Assembly (NCBI GenBank): GCA_949545755.1
Contig: CATITK010000002.1
Coordinates: 3,516 to 67,515 of the forward strand
DNA from: Polaribacter sejongensis
GTDB lineage: Bacteria; Bacteroidota; Bacteroidia; Flavobacteriales; Flavobacteriaceae
Direction: 5' to 3'
DNA: 64,000 bases
Below, piece after piece: positions 20,351 through 29,868 of the stretch; position 1 is the first letter of the stretch, and each line of letters opens with the position of its first letter. Below the pieces are notes generated by a model. The model was not told the origin of the DNA. It was given only the letters and a program-made list of their open reading frames with translations, and made no database searches. The translations under genes and the position numbers were made by a program.

Positions 20351-21573
20351 AAGCGTCTGTCTATAATAAAAAATAAAGTATTAAATAAAGTAAAAAAAAC
20401 AACCCCTAACTGTCTTGCAAATAAATTCTCTGTAAGCAATGCTAAAAAGATTGTTATCAAAAAAACTTTATATAGTGATGATTTTGAGTGATACCAACCA
20501 TAGAAAATTGAACTAAATAAAATTATAAAGCCAAAAACACCATAAGATATTATCAAATCTATATATTGGTTGTGCGTATTATAATTTCTTTTTTTAAAAT
20601 CGTCAAAATTATTATATGAAAAATTATCATAACAAAGTTGCAAACTTTCAGAAACATTATTTTTCCCTATTCCAACAAATATATCATTTTTTATTATGTT
20701 ATACGAACAATAATAAATACCATATCTAAAATTTACCAAATGACTTTTGTCGTTTAATTTACCTGAGGGTAACTCAAGTTTTGTGTTAAAAATTTCAGCA
20801 ATTCTTTTTTTTACAGGAGAATTAATAACCAGAATAATGGCAAAACTTGTGAATAGAAATAAAGTTGATATTTTCCTTAAACTTCCTTTTATTTCTTTGA
20901 AAGTCAAATAAAATATTATCACAAAAAAAGTACCTAATGCCATTCTTGCAGAAAATGTAACTATTGAGGCAAGTAGCACAATAGATGAAAGAAATACAAG
21001 AATCTTAACGTGTTTTTTTGAATTTGTTTTTATTATAAAAAAATAGGCTATAAAAATTGAAAAAACAAAAAACAATCCCAGGTAAGGCAAATGAATACCA
21101 GTAGTTTCTGCAAAGAGTCCTCTAAAAACAGGATGATAATAACTATCTTTTTCTAATAATTTGAAAAACCCCGTTTGGAAAATTTTAAACCAACATATCA
21201 TTGCTAAGATAAGATTAGAGCCAAAAAAAACCAACAAGATATTCTTTAAAGTTTTAGTGGCTATATAATCTTTATTAATAAAAATAAACAATGGAAATAA
21301 CAAGAACAATGCGTCAGTCTCAAGAAACTTTATTAAATTATTATCAAAACCTGAAAAAATATAATTGACCAATAAAAAAATATAATATAAAGATAAAATA
21401 GCAATATTTCTATAAGAAACTTTACTTAAACTGTTATAGGATTTTTTTTTAAAAAGAACAATTACAGACATTATGAACCAGAAAGCCAAAATAAAAGTAC
21501 TAATTCTAATACTAAACAACGGAAAACTGGCAACTAACAGAAAACTATAATTATAAAACTTTGTTAGCTGCAT
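20347..21573 (-). CDS. O-antigen ligase/Wzy_C family membrane protein
   Basis: Multiple TM helices, SARMA, R.GIY, GIG and THNQYI.....YG..G. Confidence 0.75.
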   Translation of the reverse strand: MQLTKFYNYSFLLVASFPLFSIRISTFILAFWFIMSVIVLFKKKSYNSLSKVSYRNIAILSLYYIFLLVNYIFSGFDNNLIKFLETDALFLLFPLFIFINKDYIATKTLKNILLVFFGSNLILAMICWFKIFQTGFFKLLEKDSYYHPVFRGLFAETTGIHLPYLGLFFVFSIFIAYFFIIKTNSKKHVKILVFLSSIVLLASIVTFSARMALGTFFVIIFYLTFKEIKGSLRKISTLFLFTSFAIILVINSPVKKRIAEIFNTKLELPSGKLNDKSHLVNFRYGIYYCSYNIIKNDIFVGIGKNNVSESLQLCYDNFSYNNFDDFKKRNYNTHNQYIDLIISYGVFGFIILFSSIFYGWYHSKSSLYKVFLITIFLALLTENLFARQLGVVFFTLFNTLFFIIDRRL

Positions 21574-22703
21574 TGTAATTCTTCTTTTAGCAATTTTAAG
21601 TAATGATTTTCTTCTAAATATTTCTGTCCATTTCTAACTAAATTATCTTTACTAATTGCATTGCTTAATAAATCACTTATTGCTTTTTTAAAAACTTTTG
21701 GTGAATCAGCCAATAGAAATTCTTTACCATGCTGTAAACCTGTACCCTCAGCACCTACTGATGTAGATACTAAAGGCATACCATTAATAATCGCATTTAT
21801 AGATTTAATTTTTACGCCAGCACCATGAAACATTGGGTTTATAAACACAGATGCATTTTTGTATAATCCAGATAAAGAAGGTATATTAAAATGAAATTCT
21901 AGATTGGTATATTCATTAAATTTTTTGATAAGTTTATCTGTATTTTTACCGTTTGTACTACCTGCTATTACTAGTTTGTAATTTTTTTCTTTTTCGCATA
22001 ATATTTTATGAACATTCTCCAGATACCATGTTAAACCTGCTATATTATTTGACATAAAAAGAGAACCTATAAAAAGTACATTGGATTTTGTTAACTCTTG
22101 TTGTTTAATTTCTGAAATAGAAAAGGGTGAAGGTAACCACATCGTATTTTTTGCGTTACACCTTAGTTGTTCGTCTTTGGAAATAAACCAAATTCTATCT
22201 ACTTTTTTATAAAGTTCTTTTGCATAGTTTTTAAACTTCTTAGACTCTATAAAATAATAGGTTTTTTTAAAAATATTGGTTGTGCTTTTTGCTAAATTTT
22301 TGAAATATAAAGACTCGTCATTTTGACTCCTAAGTATCAATTTATTGTATTTAATTGTTGGATTCTCTATTACTTCAGCAACATAATCTCCTTCTAATAT
22401 TAAAAAATCATATTCTTTATTTATTTTTATTGTCTTTAAACTATCTCTTGATAAAACTTGCAGTGGTTTATTTTTAAGAATATCCTGAAATTTATTTTTC
22501 CTTTTTGCTTCGAATAGATTTTGAACATAGTTATTCACAAAGGACAACTCTTCTTTTGAAACAGTTAAGGTGTCTGTAAATAATAAATCTATTTGAAAAC
22601 CTAAATCAAATAACCCTAAAATTCTGTTCCAAACATCTACCTTACCACCGTGTGTAGCTGGGTATGGGAAATAACCAGATACTAACATTATCTTTTTAAC
22701 CAT
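21564..22703 (-). CDS. Glycosyltransferase family 4
   Basis: FPYPATHGG, FIGSL...NN..GL.W and GAGVKIK....A...GMPLVST..GAEG motifs. Confidence 0.85.
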   Translation of the reverse strand: MVKKIMLVSGYFPYPATHGGKVDVWNRILGLFDLGFQIDLLFTDTLTVSKEELSFVNNYVQNLFEAKRKNKFQDILKNKPLQVLSRDSLKTIKINKEYDFLILEGDYVAEVIENPTIKYNKLILRSQNDESLYFKNLAKSTTNIFKKTYYFIESKKFKNYAKELYKKVDRIWFISKDEQLRCNAKNTMWLPSPFSISEIKQQELTKSNVLFIGSLFMSNNIAGLTWYLENVHKILCEKEKNYKLVIAGSTNGKNTDKLIKKFNEYTNLEFHFNIPSLSGLYKNASVFINPMFHGAGVKIKSINAIINGMPLVSTSVGAEGTGLQHGKEFLLADSPKVFKKAISDLLSNAISKDNLVRNGQKYLEENHYLKLLKEELQCS

Positions 22704-23994
22704 AAATATTTTTATTAAATTTAGTTCTTAAAACATCTATGAAAGCTAAAAAAAACCATATTTCAAATTTAACACTAAAGGTAACATATAATAAACTGCT
22801 CAAGATGATATACAATAAAGGAATTTTGATAAATGATAAGTTTTTATCTTTTATTTTAGACAAAAATAAGTATCTTCTAACAAAGAAAAGATAATAAAAT
22901 AACAGAAATGGAATGCCTCCAAAAATCAAGTTATCAAATAAATAGGTTTTGGTTGATAAGTTTTTTGAAGTAATCAAATACTTTTTCACTTCACCTAATT
23001 CAAACTTACTCATAATTGAAGATTCTAAAACATTTTTTAAATATTCTGGGTAGTAGGTAAGATAAGGACCCCAACCCACTCCTAAAGGGTGAGAAACAAA
23101 GGTATTCAAAGCTCCTAAATAAGAACTAAATCGAGTTCCAAAAGTAACACTTGAGTAAAGTTTAGAAGAAACATTACTATATAATATTGAAAAAACATAA
23201 ACCCCAAACATTATTAAAAAAAAACCAAAAAAGAATAAAAATTTTCTAGTTTTTTTATTATTATAAAAATATTTTATAACTAGAGGTAGAGTGGAAATTA
23301 TAAAAATTAAAAGATACCCTTTTGATTCACTTTGTACACTATAAAACAAGGTAAAAAATGATGCTAAAGAATAAATTAAAAATTTAATTTTAATAGATTT
23401 TTTTAAGTAATTTGACAAATAAATAGTGACAAAAGAGACTATAGTAAGAACACTTCCCACCCAACTTTCTTCCATTGTCAATAATCTAACTCTCCAATAT
23501 TTTTTACTGTCAGAATGTATAAATGCCGCAAATATGTCTTCTTTTTTTAAAAAATAGATTTCAAAAACCAAATATATTGCTAATAGCAACAGCATTCCAA
23601 ACATTGCTCTAAATAATATTTCAAATCTTGTTTCGTCTTTATTTAAAAACATAAAAACAAACTGATAGTATATTAAAATAATTACAGGATATAAAGACAT
23701 TTTTATAGACTTAAGAATAATGTTTTCTCCTAAAAAGTAAACTTCTTGCTTAAAAATAACAATCCACAGAACGTGAACTATGGTAACTAAAATTAAATAT
23801 AAAATATAGAATATAAAATATTTGGTATAAAATGAAATTTCTATTTTTTTATTTTTTAAAATATAAATTAAAAATAGTGGTGTTAAGAAAACTATAGGAG
23901 ACCTAGCTATTTCTCCAAAATAATTTACTAGAGGGAAATCCTGGTAAACAGATACGAGAAGTAAACAAAATAAAAAAATAGTCCTTAAAAGCAT
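22696..23994 (-). CDS. Wzy-like polysaccharide polymerase (putative)
   Basis: Very hydrophobic polytopic protein with R...TMEES, SKG, TR and HPLGVGWG motifs; lies inside the glycan locus. Confidence 0.6.
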   Translation of the reverse strand: MLLRTIFLFCLLLVSVYQDFPLVNYFGEIARSPIVFLTPLFLIYILKNKKIEISFYTKYFIFYILYLILVTIVHVLWIVIFKQEVYFLGENIILKSIKMSLYPVIILIYYQFVFMFLNKDETRFEILFRAMFGMLLLLAIYLVFEIYFLKKEDIFAAFIHSDSKKYWRVRLLTMEESWVGSVLTIVSFVTIYLSNYLKKSIKIKFLIYSLASFFTLFYSVQSESKGYLLIFIISTLPLVIKYFYNNKKTRKFLFFFGFFLIMFGVYVFSILYSNVSSKLYSSVTFGTRFSSYLGALNTFVSHPLGVGWGPYLTYYPEYLKNVLESSIMSKFELGEVKKYLITSKNLSTKTYLFDNLIFGGIPFLLFYYLFFVRRYLFLSKIKDKNLSFIKIPLLYIILSSLLYVTFSVKFEIWFFLAFIDVLRTKFNKNIYG

Positions 23995-23996
23995 CT

Positions 23997-24995
23997 TTAT
24001 TTAGTTATTAAAATTTTCAAAAAACTAAAACCTAACCTAAGCTGAAACCTTCTAAATCTATTAAAAATAATCAATAAACTTGTAAGCCAAAAAAATATCT
24101 TGTTTTTTGAGAATTTTTGAAAGAAAATTTTTCTGCTTTTGAAAACATTCAATTCCGAAAAAGAGGATCTTTTTTGAAAACATGAAGAACTACCTATAGA
24201 AGAACCTTCTTTATGAAAAACTAATGATTTCTCACACCAATCAATACTCCATCCTTTTTTTGCTGCTCTAAATTTCCAATCTATTTCTTCATAGTACAGA
24301 AAATAATCTTCACTTAATACTCCTACATCCTTTAAAAAATCATTAGAAACAAGCATAGATGCTCCTATAACATAATCTATATTTCTAAATTTTTGTTTTC
24401 CTGTATTCACACTCATTCCTTCACCAAGGTGTTTTGTTGTATAAGAAAAAGGATTAAAAGCACCTCCAATTGCTTGAATTTTATTAGCTTCAAAGTAATA
24501 GATTAACTTACTTCCTAAAATTCCAATTTTAGAAAAAGTATTTTTCCGCATATAATCAATCTGATATTGAAGGGCATTTTTATCGACAACTGTATCGTTA
24601 TTTAATATCCAACAATACCCATAATCTTCTCTTCTCATTGCATAATTCATAGCAATATTATTCCCAGCTGAGAAACCTAAGTTTTTATCTGCTTTAATTA
24701 TCAACAAAGTCTCTTCGTAAAACTTATTTTTACTTTCCGATTCAGAAATAATTATATAGTCAAGTGGTTTAGGGTACAAAGGGTCAACAATTTTAGGAAA
24801 TGCTGTTGGGATTTCTCGAAAATCAGGATCTGTAGCCCAACTCTTTATAGAACTTACGGATTCTAATGTTGGTGAATTATCAACTACAATAATTTGAAAA
24901 TTATAATAATTTAATTTCAAAACACTTTCAAGACACTCTATTGAGTCTTTCCAACCTTTGTAGTTAAGTAAAATTATGTAAACTTTTTCTTTCAC
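23997..24995 (-). CDS. Glycosyltransferase family 2
   Basis: IILLNY, VVDN, NLGFSAGNN, WILNND and EDYFLYYEEID motifs. GTG start. Confidence 0.9.
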   Translation of the reverse strand: MKEKVYIILLNYKGWKDSIECLESVLKLNYYNFQIIVVDNSPTLESVSSIKSWATDPDFREIPTAFPKIVDPLYPKPLDYIIISESESKNKFYEETLLIIKADKNLGFSAGNNIAMNYAMRREDYGYCWILNNDTVVDKNALQYQIDYMRKNTFSKIGILGSKLIYYFEANKIQAIGGAFNPFSYTTKHLGEGMSVNTGKQKFRNIDYVIGASMLVSNDFLKDVGVLSEDYFLYYEEIDWKFRAAKKGWSIDWCEKSLVFHKEGSSIGSSSCFQKRSSFSELNVFKSRKIFFQKFSKNKIFFWLTSLLIIFNRFRRFQLRLGFSFLKILITK

Positions 24996-25011
24996 TAATG
25001 ATTATGCTTTT

Positions 25012-25155
25012 TTAGAATTTTTCATATATATACCTTGTAATTTTTAAAGCAATACCCTCTAAATCTTTATGACTAGATTTAAAAACACTCTCAAGACATT
25101 CTATGCTGTCTTGCCAGTTTTTGTAATTTATAATTAGAAAGGTTACTTTAAAAAC
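25012..25155 (-). pseudogene. Internally deleted GT2 gene remnant
   Basis: Manual translation gives VFKVTFLIINYKNWQDSIECLESVFKSSHKDLEGIALKITRYIYEKF*. The first ~26 aa resemble the N-terminus of the adjacent GT2 (KVYIILLNYKGWKDSIECLESVLK). No start codon. Confidence 0.8.
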
Positions 25156-26346
25156 TTAAATTCTTTTTAACATTCCTAAAAAATTTTTTATTAACCGTAG
25201 TGGATTTTCTTTTAATGAAGCCTTGATTAAGAAATTAACGTTATAATTAGGTGTTGATCTACCAACTAATTTTAAAGCAAATAACCTAGCTAATAGATTT
25301 TGTTTTCTTTGTTTTTGATAGGGTTGCATTTGTGCTATTTCTGAGCTAGAAAAATTTTTACCAGACATAGTGATGTACCCAGCATCTATAACGGCGTTCA
25401 TTAATGTCATTCCTTTTTTATTTCTAATAATAATTAAACTTTGTCCTTTTTTTTCATCAAACGAAGGATATCCATTCTCTGAAGTCTCCCAAGCATCGGC
25501 ACAGGTTATATCAGCGAATTCTCCAGTACCATCTGCACATATTTTACAACGAAACTGTAAATGCTTGTTCAGTACAGTTCCCCAGGACTCGTTGTAAGTC
25601 ATTTTGTGAGTATTCCTTTTTTTATCCTCAATTTTAAAATACCCTGGCCACCCTTCTCCTCTGTATCTCAATGAAGCAATATCTTTCTTTTGTAATTTAA
25701 ATTGTTCAATGATTTTTGTTGTGGCTACTTGGCTCGGAACGCCAGCGCACATAAAAGAAAGAAGGTGTTTAATTTTTGTTTTTGCCTCTTCATTTTTTTT
25801 TATAAAATTTCGGACACCAACGATATCACATGGTTTGCCTATGATTGCAATTGAAGTATGAGCTTTTAAAATCTCAACAAGGTTAATCAGAGTAGCCGAA
25901 GGTGCATATCTTGATCCAGCATTGCTAAGAACCTCTTGGCTGGTATAGCTCGTTTTGTAAGTATTGAGATAGGGCTTTGTTTCTGAAGATCCAATATGTA
26001 AAACACACTCAACTCTTTTTTTGTCTAGTAAATAGGATGCAACAGCTGTTAATGCGCCTCCAGACGATCCTGAATACCTAACCTTTTCGTTGTTTGCATG
26101 TCCTGATGAAATAGACAAAAAAGGACCCCATAATGGATCGTGATTTGTAGAATCGTCATGTTTGGCATTAATTCCTGGACAAATTTCTTCGAAAAAATTA
26201 TTCTCTGATTTGGTTAATTCTTGTTTAAAAGTTGGTCTCAAAAAACCTTCATTGTTATAAGAAACAGCAACTTTTTCAGTTCCGAAAACAGATTCACAAA
26301 TACCACAACCAGCACATAGATTGTTTTTTAATACTTTGCTACTCAT
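25156..26346 (-). CDS. FrhB/FdhB-family (F420 hydrogenase beta subunit-like) Fe-S protein
   Basis: CAGCGIC...ICPG, SSGG, GSRY, GKPC, FMCAGVPS, YRGEGWPG and RCKICAD motifs. Confidence 0.85.
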   Translation of the reverse strand: MSSKVLKNNLCAGCGICESVFGTEKVAVSYNNEGFLRPTFKQELTKSENNFFEEICPGINAKHDDSTNHDPLWGPFLSISSGHANNEKVRYSGSSGGALTAVASYLLDKKRVECVLHIGSSETKPYLNTYKTSYTSQEVLSNAGSRYAPSATLINLVEILKAHTSIAIIGKPCDIVGVRNFIKKNEEAKTKIKHLLSFMCAGVPSQVATTKIIEQFKLQKKDIASLRYRGEGWPGYFKIEDKKRNTHKMTYNESWGTVLNKHLQFRCKICADGTGEFADITCADAWETSENGYPSFDEKKGQSLIIIRNKKGMTLMNAVIDAGYITMSGKNFSSSEIAQMQPYQKQRKQNLLARLFALKLVGRSTPNYNVNFLIKASLKENPLRLIKNFLGMLKRI

Positions 26347-27545
26347 TAGTTATCTATGTTTTCTAGACTCAATTGTTCTCTCTTATTTTCGTTAAGTAAC
26401 ACAGATTTAATCTCTTTTTTGATAGAGATAGCAACCAGTATCTTGTTTATCAATCCATCTATTGTATCCTCTTCTAAATGATTAACATCAATCACTAACC
26501 CCTGTTGTTTAAACATTTTGAATGTCCCTTCAAATTTATAACTATAAGAGAGTCCAATTGTTGGGACTGAGGTAGACAATGCTGCGATACAAGAATGCAT
26601 GCGTGATCCCATAAAAAAGACTGTTTTAGAAATAACATATTTCAACTCTTGAGCAGAGTAATCCTGATCAATAAAAGAAATTTTGCTCGCTAAGTCAGGA
26701 TTGTCTTTTACAAATTTTCTGGTTCCTTCCAAGTCATCTTCAACGTTAGGAGAAATAGAATTATAAGTATGTGGGATTAACATAACCTCGTAGCCCTCTT
26801 TAATAATTCTTTCGACCAACTGCTTTAAAAAAACAGGGTAATTATTATATTTACTATCTAGACTTTTGTATCTATTTAAATACATCAATCCACTGACATT
26901 AATACCAACAGTGTTGGGCTTTACCTCAACAGGTATTTCTTTAGGGTTCATGTATACCGCCATGTCTATTGATAATTCTTTTTTAACACCTATTTTATCT
27001 AAAAAATTAAAGGCCTTTATATCTCGCACATATAATTTATGAAGTCTTTTTAAAATATGTGCTCCTAAAAATTTGCCAATAACAGTGTCAAAAGGACCTA
27101 ATGTTTGAGGTAAAAAAACAAGCGGCTTTTTCCAGCTGAGTATTAATTTTGAATCTGTAAAGTGTCTGATTATTCTTCTGGATCCATAAATATCACTAAA
27201 ACTATCGCCTTCATTTATATCAAAAACTATATCGCTAGATTGTATCAGTTCTGAAACTTCAAGCTTTGATTTTACACCAAAAAATTTATATAAATATGCT
27301 TCTTTTAAAGACTTTAAAATTTCATGTTTTGTAAAATAGCATAATTTTACTTTTACAATTTCACTTGATATGGTTAATTCCTTTTCATGTGTCGTTTGCT
27401 GTCCAACACATAGTAAGGATATTTTTGCGTTTTTGTAATTATTTTTTAGAAGTGTAATTGCCCCTACTCCTAAAGCATTTACACCTTTATTATCGCTTTC
27501 AAGAGATGCCCCAAGAAGGAGGATGTTATTTTTGTTTGTTATCAT
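26346..27545 (-). CDS. Polysaccharide pyruvyltransferase (WcaK/AmsJ-like)
   Basis: NKGVNAL, GDSFSDIYG, PQTLGPF, VRD, GSRMHSCIAALS and YSYKF motifs. Confidence 0.88.
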   Translation of the reverse strand: MITNKNNILLLGASLESDNKGVNALGVGAITLLKNNYKNAKISLLCVGQQTTHEKELTISSEIVKVKLCYFTKHEILKSLKEAYLYKFFGVKSKLEVSELIQSSDIVFDINEGDSFSDIYGSRRIIRHFTDSKLILSWKKPLVFLPQTLGPFDTVIGKFLGAHILKRLHKLYVRDIKAFNFLDKIGVKKELSIDMAVYMNPKEIPVEVKPNTVGINVSGLMYLNRYKSLDSKYNNYPVFLKQLVERIIKEGYEVMLIPHTYNSISPNVEDDLEGTRKFVKDNPDLASKISFIDQDYSAQELKYVISKTVFFMGSRMHSCIAALSTSVPTIGLSYSYKFEGTFKMFKQQGLVIDVNHLEEDTIDGLINKILVAISIKKEIKSVLLNENKREQLSLENIDN

Positions 27546-28158
27546 CTAGACTGTTAATTTTATAGAACTGAGACTTACTATACATAAAATGCAAGTTATT
27601 TGTAAGTTCCTTTTTGGTTAAATTGTATATTTTCTTGCGTTCTAATAAATCTATAGTTTGTTGGTCAAATCTGTAACGAATAAGTTTAGCCGGATTCCCT
27701 GCAACTATAGAGTAAGGGGCAACCTCCTTAGTGACAACACTTCCTGCTCCAATAACGGCGCCGTTACCTATCTTTTTAACAGATGGCAAAATTATAGCTT
27801 GAGATCCAATCCATACATCATGCCCTACCTTTAGTTGATGCCTGATAATAGTTTCTTTTTTAACCATTTTCAAAGCTACATTATACAAAAAAGGATGGGT
27901 AGTTGCCCATTCGACACCGTGGTTACCATTGAACACTTTAATTCCTGACGCAAAAGAACAATAATTACCTATCGTTGTTCCTTCTGGAATTTCATCTGTA
28001 AAACATCCATAAGAAAATTTCCCAATATTGATGTTTTTATTTATGCTAAAATATTTTCGTAATAATATCGAATGTATCTGATTCTTCTTTAAGAAATGTA
28101 ATATAACTTTCTCAAATAATGACACCTTACAAACAAACAACATTAATTTAAGCTTCAT
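27526..28158 (-). CDS. CatB/Vat-like hexapeptide O-acetyltransferase
   Basis: IGNYCSFA, VGHDVWIG and IGNGAVIGAGSVVTK.V.PYSIVAGNPAKLIRYRF motifs. Confidence 0.88.
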   Translation of the reverse strand: MKLKLMLFVCKVSLFEKVILHFLKKNQIHSILLRKYFSINKNINIGKFSYGCFTDEIPEGTTIGNYCSFASGIKVFNGNHGVEWATTHPFLYNVALKMVKKETIIRHQLKVGHDVWIGSQAIILPSVKKIGNGAVIGAGSVVTKEVAPYSIVAGNPAKLIRYRFDQQTIDLLERKKIYNLTKKELTNNLHFMYSKSQFYKINSLDDNKQK

Positions 28159-28175
28159 ACCTCAAAATAAAACGT

Positions 28176-29369
28176 TTATATCTTTTTTTTTTGTGTTAAC
28201 GATTTATAAATTTCATTAAATCGAAACATATACCTTATAGTTGAATAAGAATATAAAATAATGTAAGAACTTAATAAACCATAAACCCCGTAAATATACG
28301 TTAATAATAGACCGAAGAACATTGAAACGAGAATAAATTCTAAATGAAATTTCGCCTTTTCTTTTTGCAGCTTCAAGACTACCATTGTAACCGCAAATAT
28401 TGCAGCAAACATAAAAATTATATTCCCAAACAATAAAATTATTAATGGATAGTATGCTTCTAAATAAGCCTCCTGCTTATATACGGTCAACAATATTATT
28501 TTTCCGAATAATATAAATAAAACCAAAATGAATACATTTACTAAAATTATTTTTGACCCCGTTTTTTTTAACACTTTTGTCAGTTCTAAAATATTATGCT
28601 TACAAGATACAAACTTTACATATCCCTCTTGAAGTAAAGAAACTGACACTAACAATAATATGTTTGCTATCGAAAAAGCTATTTGATACTGCGCCAGAAC
28701 TTCTGGTTCTAAAATAAAAGAACCAATCACTGTTGGTGCCATCATGTAAATCGGAACTGTAATCATAGAAATTCCATAATATTTTAAATCTAAAAACCTA
28801 GTTTTGATAAAGGAAACTATTTCTATAATAGATCTAATTTGAAACTTAGCTCTTAATAAATGAATGATCAGTATTACGATGTAAACTAGGTTTATAAATA
28901 TAAAATAGGTATAGATTTCGGAATCAAGTAAATAACATGAAAAAGAAAGTATAATAACCGAAACTCCAGAAATTATATTTGTAATTGACATTATATTTAT
29001 TTTTTTTTCTACTTGATAGTATGCTAAAAGAATATTATAAATACTTGTTTCTAGAAATATTTTTATAAGTATTAATCCTGCAAGTGTAGAGTCTTCTGTG
29101 GGAAGAAAACAAAGCCCTAAAAAGATTATTATAAATAACAGTATAGAAATCTGAAAAAAATTAGAACTGTTTATTTTTAGCAATCTATTATTTTCTGAAT
29201 TGACTAATAAATACTCGCTAAAACCAAAATTAGTAACTAATAACAAAACTCCAATTATATTTATGTACGCAGAATAAGTACCAAAAACAGAAACAGGGAT
29301 GGTTCTCGCCAATAGGACTATAAGAAAATAATTAGCCCCTCTTTTTAAAAGATTAGATAGTGTAAACAT
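28176..29369 (-). CDS. Wzx-type oligosaccharide flippase
   Basis: Polytopic membrane protein with an N-terminal LAR......FG.YS...NFG motif, at the start of the locus. Confidence 0.8.
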   Translation of the reverse strand: MFTLSNLLKRGANYFLIVLLARTIPVSVFGTYSAYINIIGVLLLVTNFGFSEYLLVNSENNRLLKINSSNFFQISILLFIIIFLGLCFLPTEDSTLAGLILIKIFLETSIYNILLAYYQVEKKINIMSITNIISGVSVIILSFSCYLLDSEIYTYFIFINLVYIVILIIHLLRAKFQIRSIIEIVSFIKTRFLDLKYYGISMITVPIYMMAPTVIGSFILEPEVLAQYQIAFSIANILLLVSVSLLQEGYVKFVSCKHNILELTKVLKKTGSKIILVNVFILVLFILFGKIILLTVYKQEAYLEAYYPLIILLFGNIIFMFAAIFAVTMVVLKLQKEKAKFHLEFILVSMFFGLLLTYIYGVYGLLSSYIILYSYSTIRYMFRFNEIYKSLTQKKKI

Positions 29370-29373
29370 TTAT

Positions 29374-29740
29374 TTAATTGTTGCTAGCGATTGCCTTTTT
29401 TAAACGACCCTTCCAATTTAGTATTTCAATTTTTAATTCTCTTTTAATCTTGTCCTTATCAATAACACTATAAACAGGGTGCTTTACTGGTATTTGATAT
29501 GCGTCTGTTTTAATGGAGTTTAACTTTATTTTATATTTGACGCTTCAAAAATAGCTGTCCCAAAATCACACCAACGACCCATCCACGCCTTAATTGCTAT
29601 AGTGATAAAGCCCGAAACTCTTGTTATTAAAATTAATGATGTTTAATATCATTTCTATTAAATTTCCGGCATTATTGAACCCCCTATTTGATTGCTAACA
29701 AGACTTATTTGATAAATTGACTGATGATTTTTAACAAAAG
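29374..29740 (-). pseudogene. rfbD: dTDP-4-dehydrorhamnose reductase C-terminal remnant, frameshifted
   Basis: Minus-strand pieces in shifting frames: FVK...ISLVSNQIG / AGNLIEMILNII...FGLYHYSN*GV / WCDFGTAIFE / NSIKTDAYQIPVKHPVYSVIDKDKIK...IEILNW. These match the RmlD consensus VVSDQIG, GLYHYSNEG, WYDFA and YPTPAKRP.YSVLD..KI. Confidence 0.85.
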
Positions 29741-29868
29741 AATCTTGAAAATGCGTTTCGGTCAGCTTCATTAAATTTAAATAAAATTTTCAGTACAATT
29801 ATACCAACTCACATAAGTCTTTTTACGAACAAAACTTGCTAGTCTTGTAAAAAACTCACCCACTATAC

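Noticed and set aside
25156-26346. Genuine F420-reducing hydrogenase
   Set aside because: No alpha or gamma subunits or maturation genes nearby; the context is glycan biosynthesis.
27526-28158. Chloramphenicol/streptogramin resistance gene
   Set aside because: The hexapeptide fold is shared with sugar O-acetyltransferases, and the gene is embedded in the polysaccharide operon.
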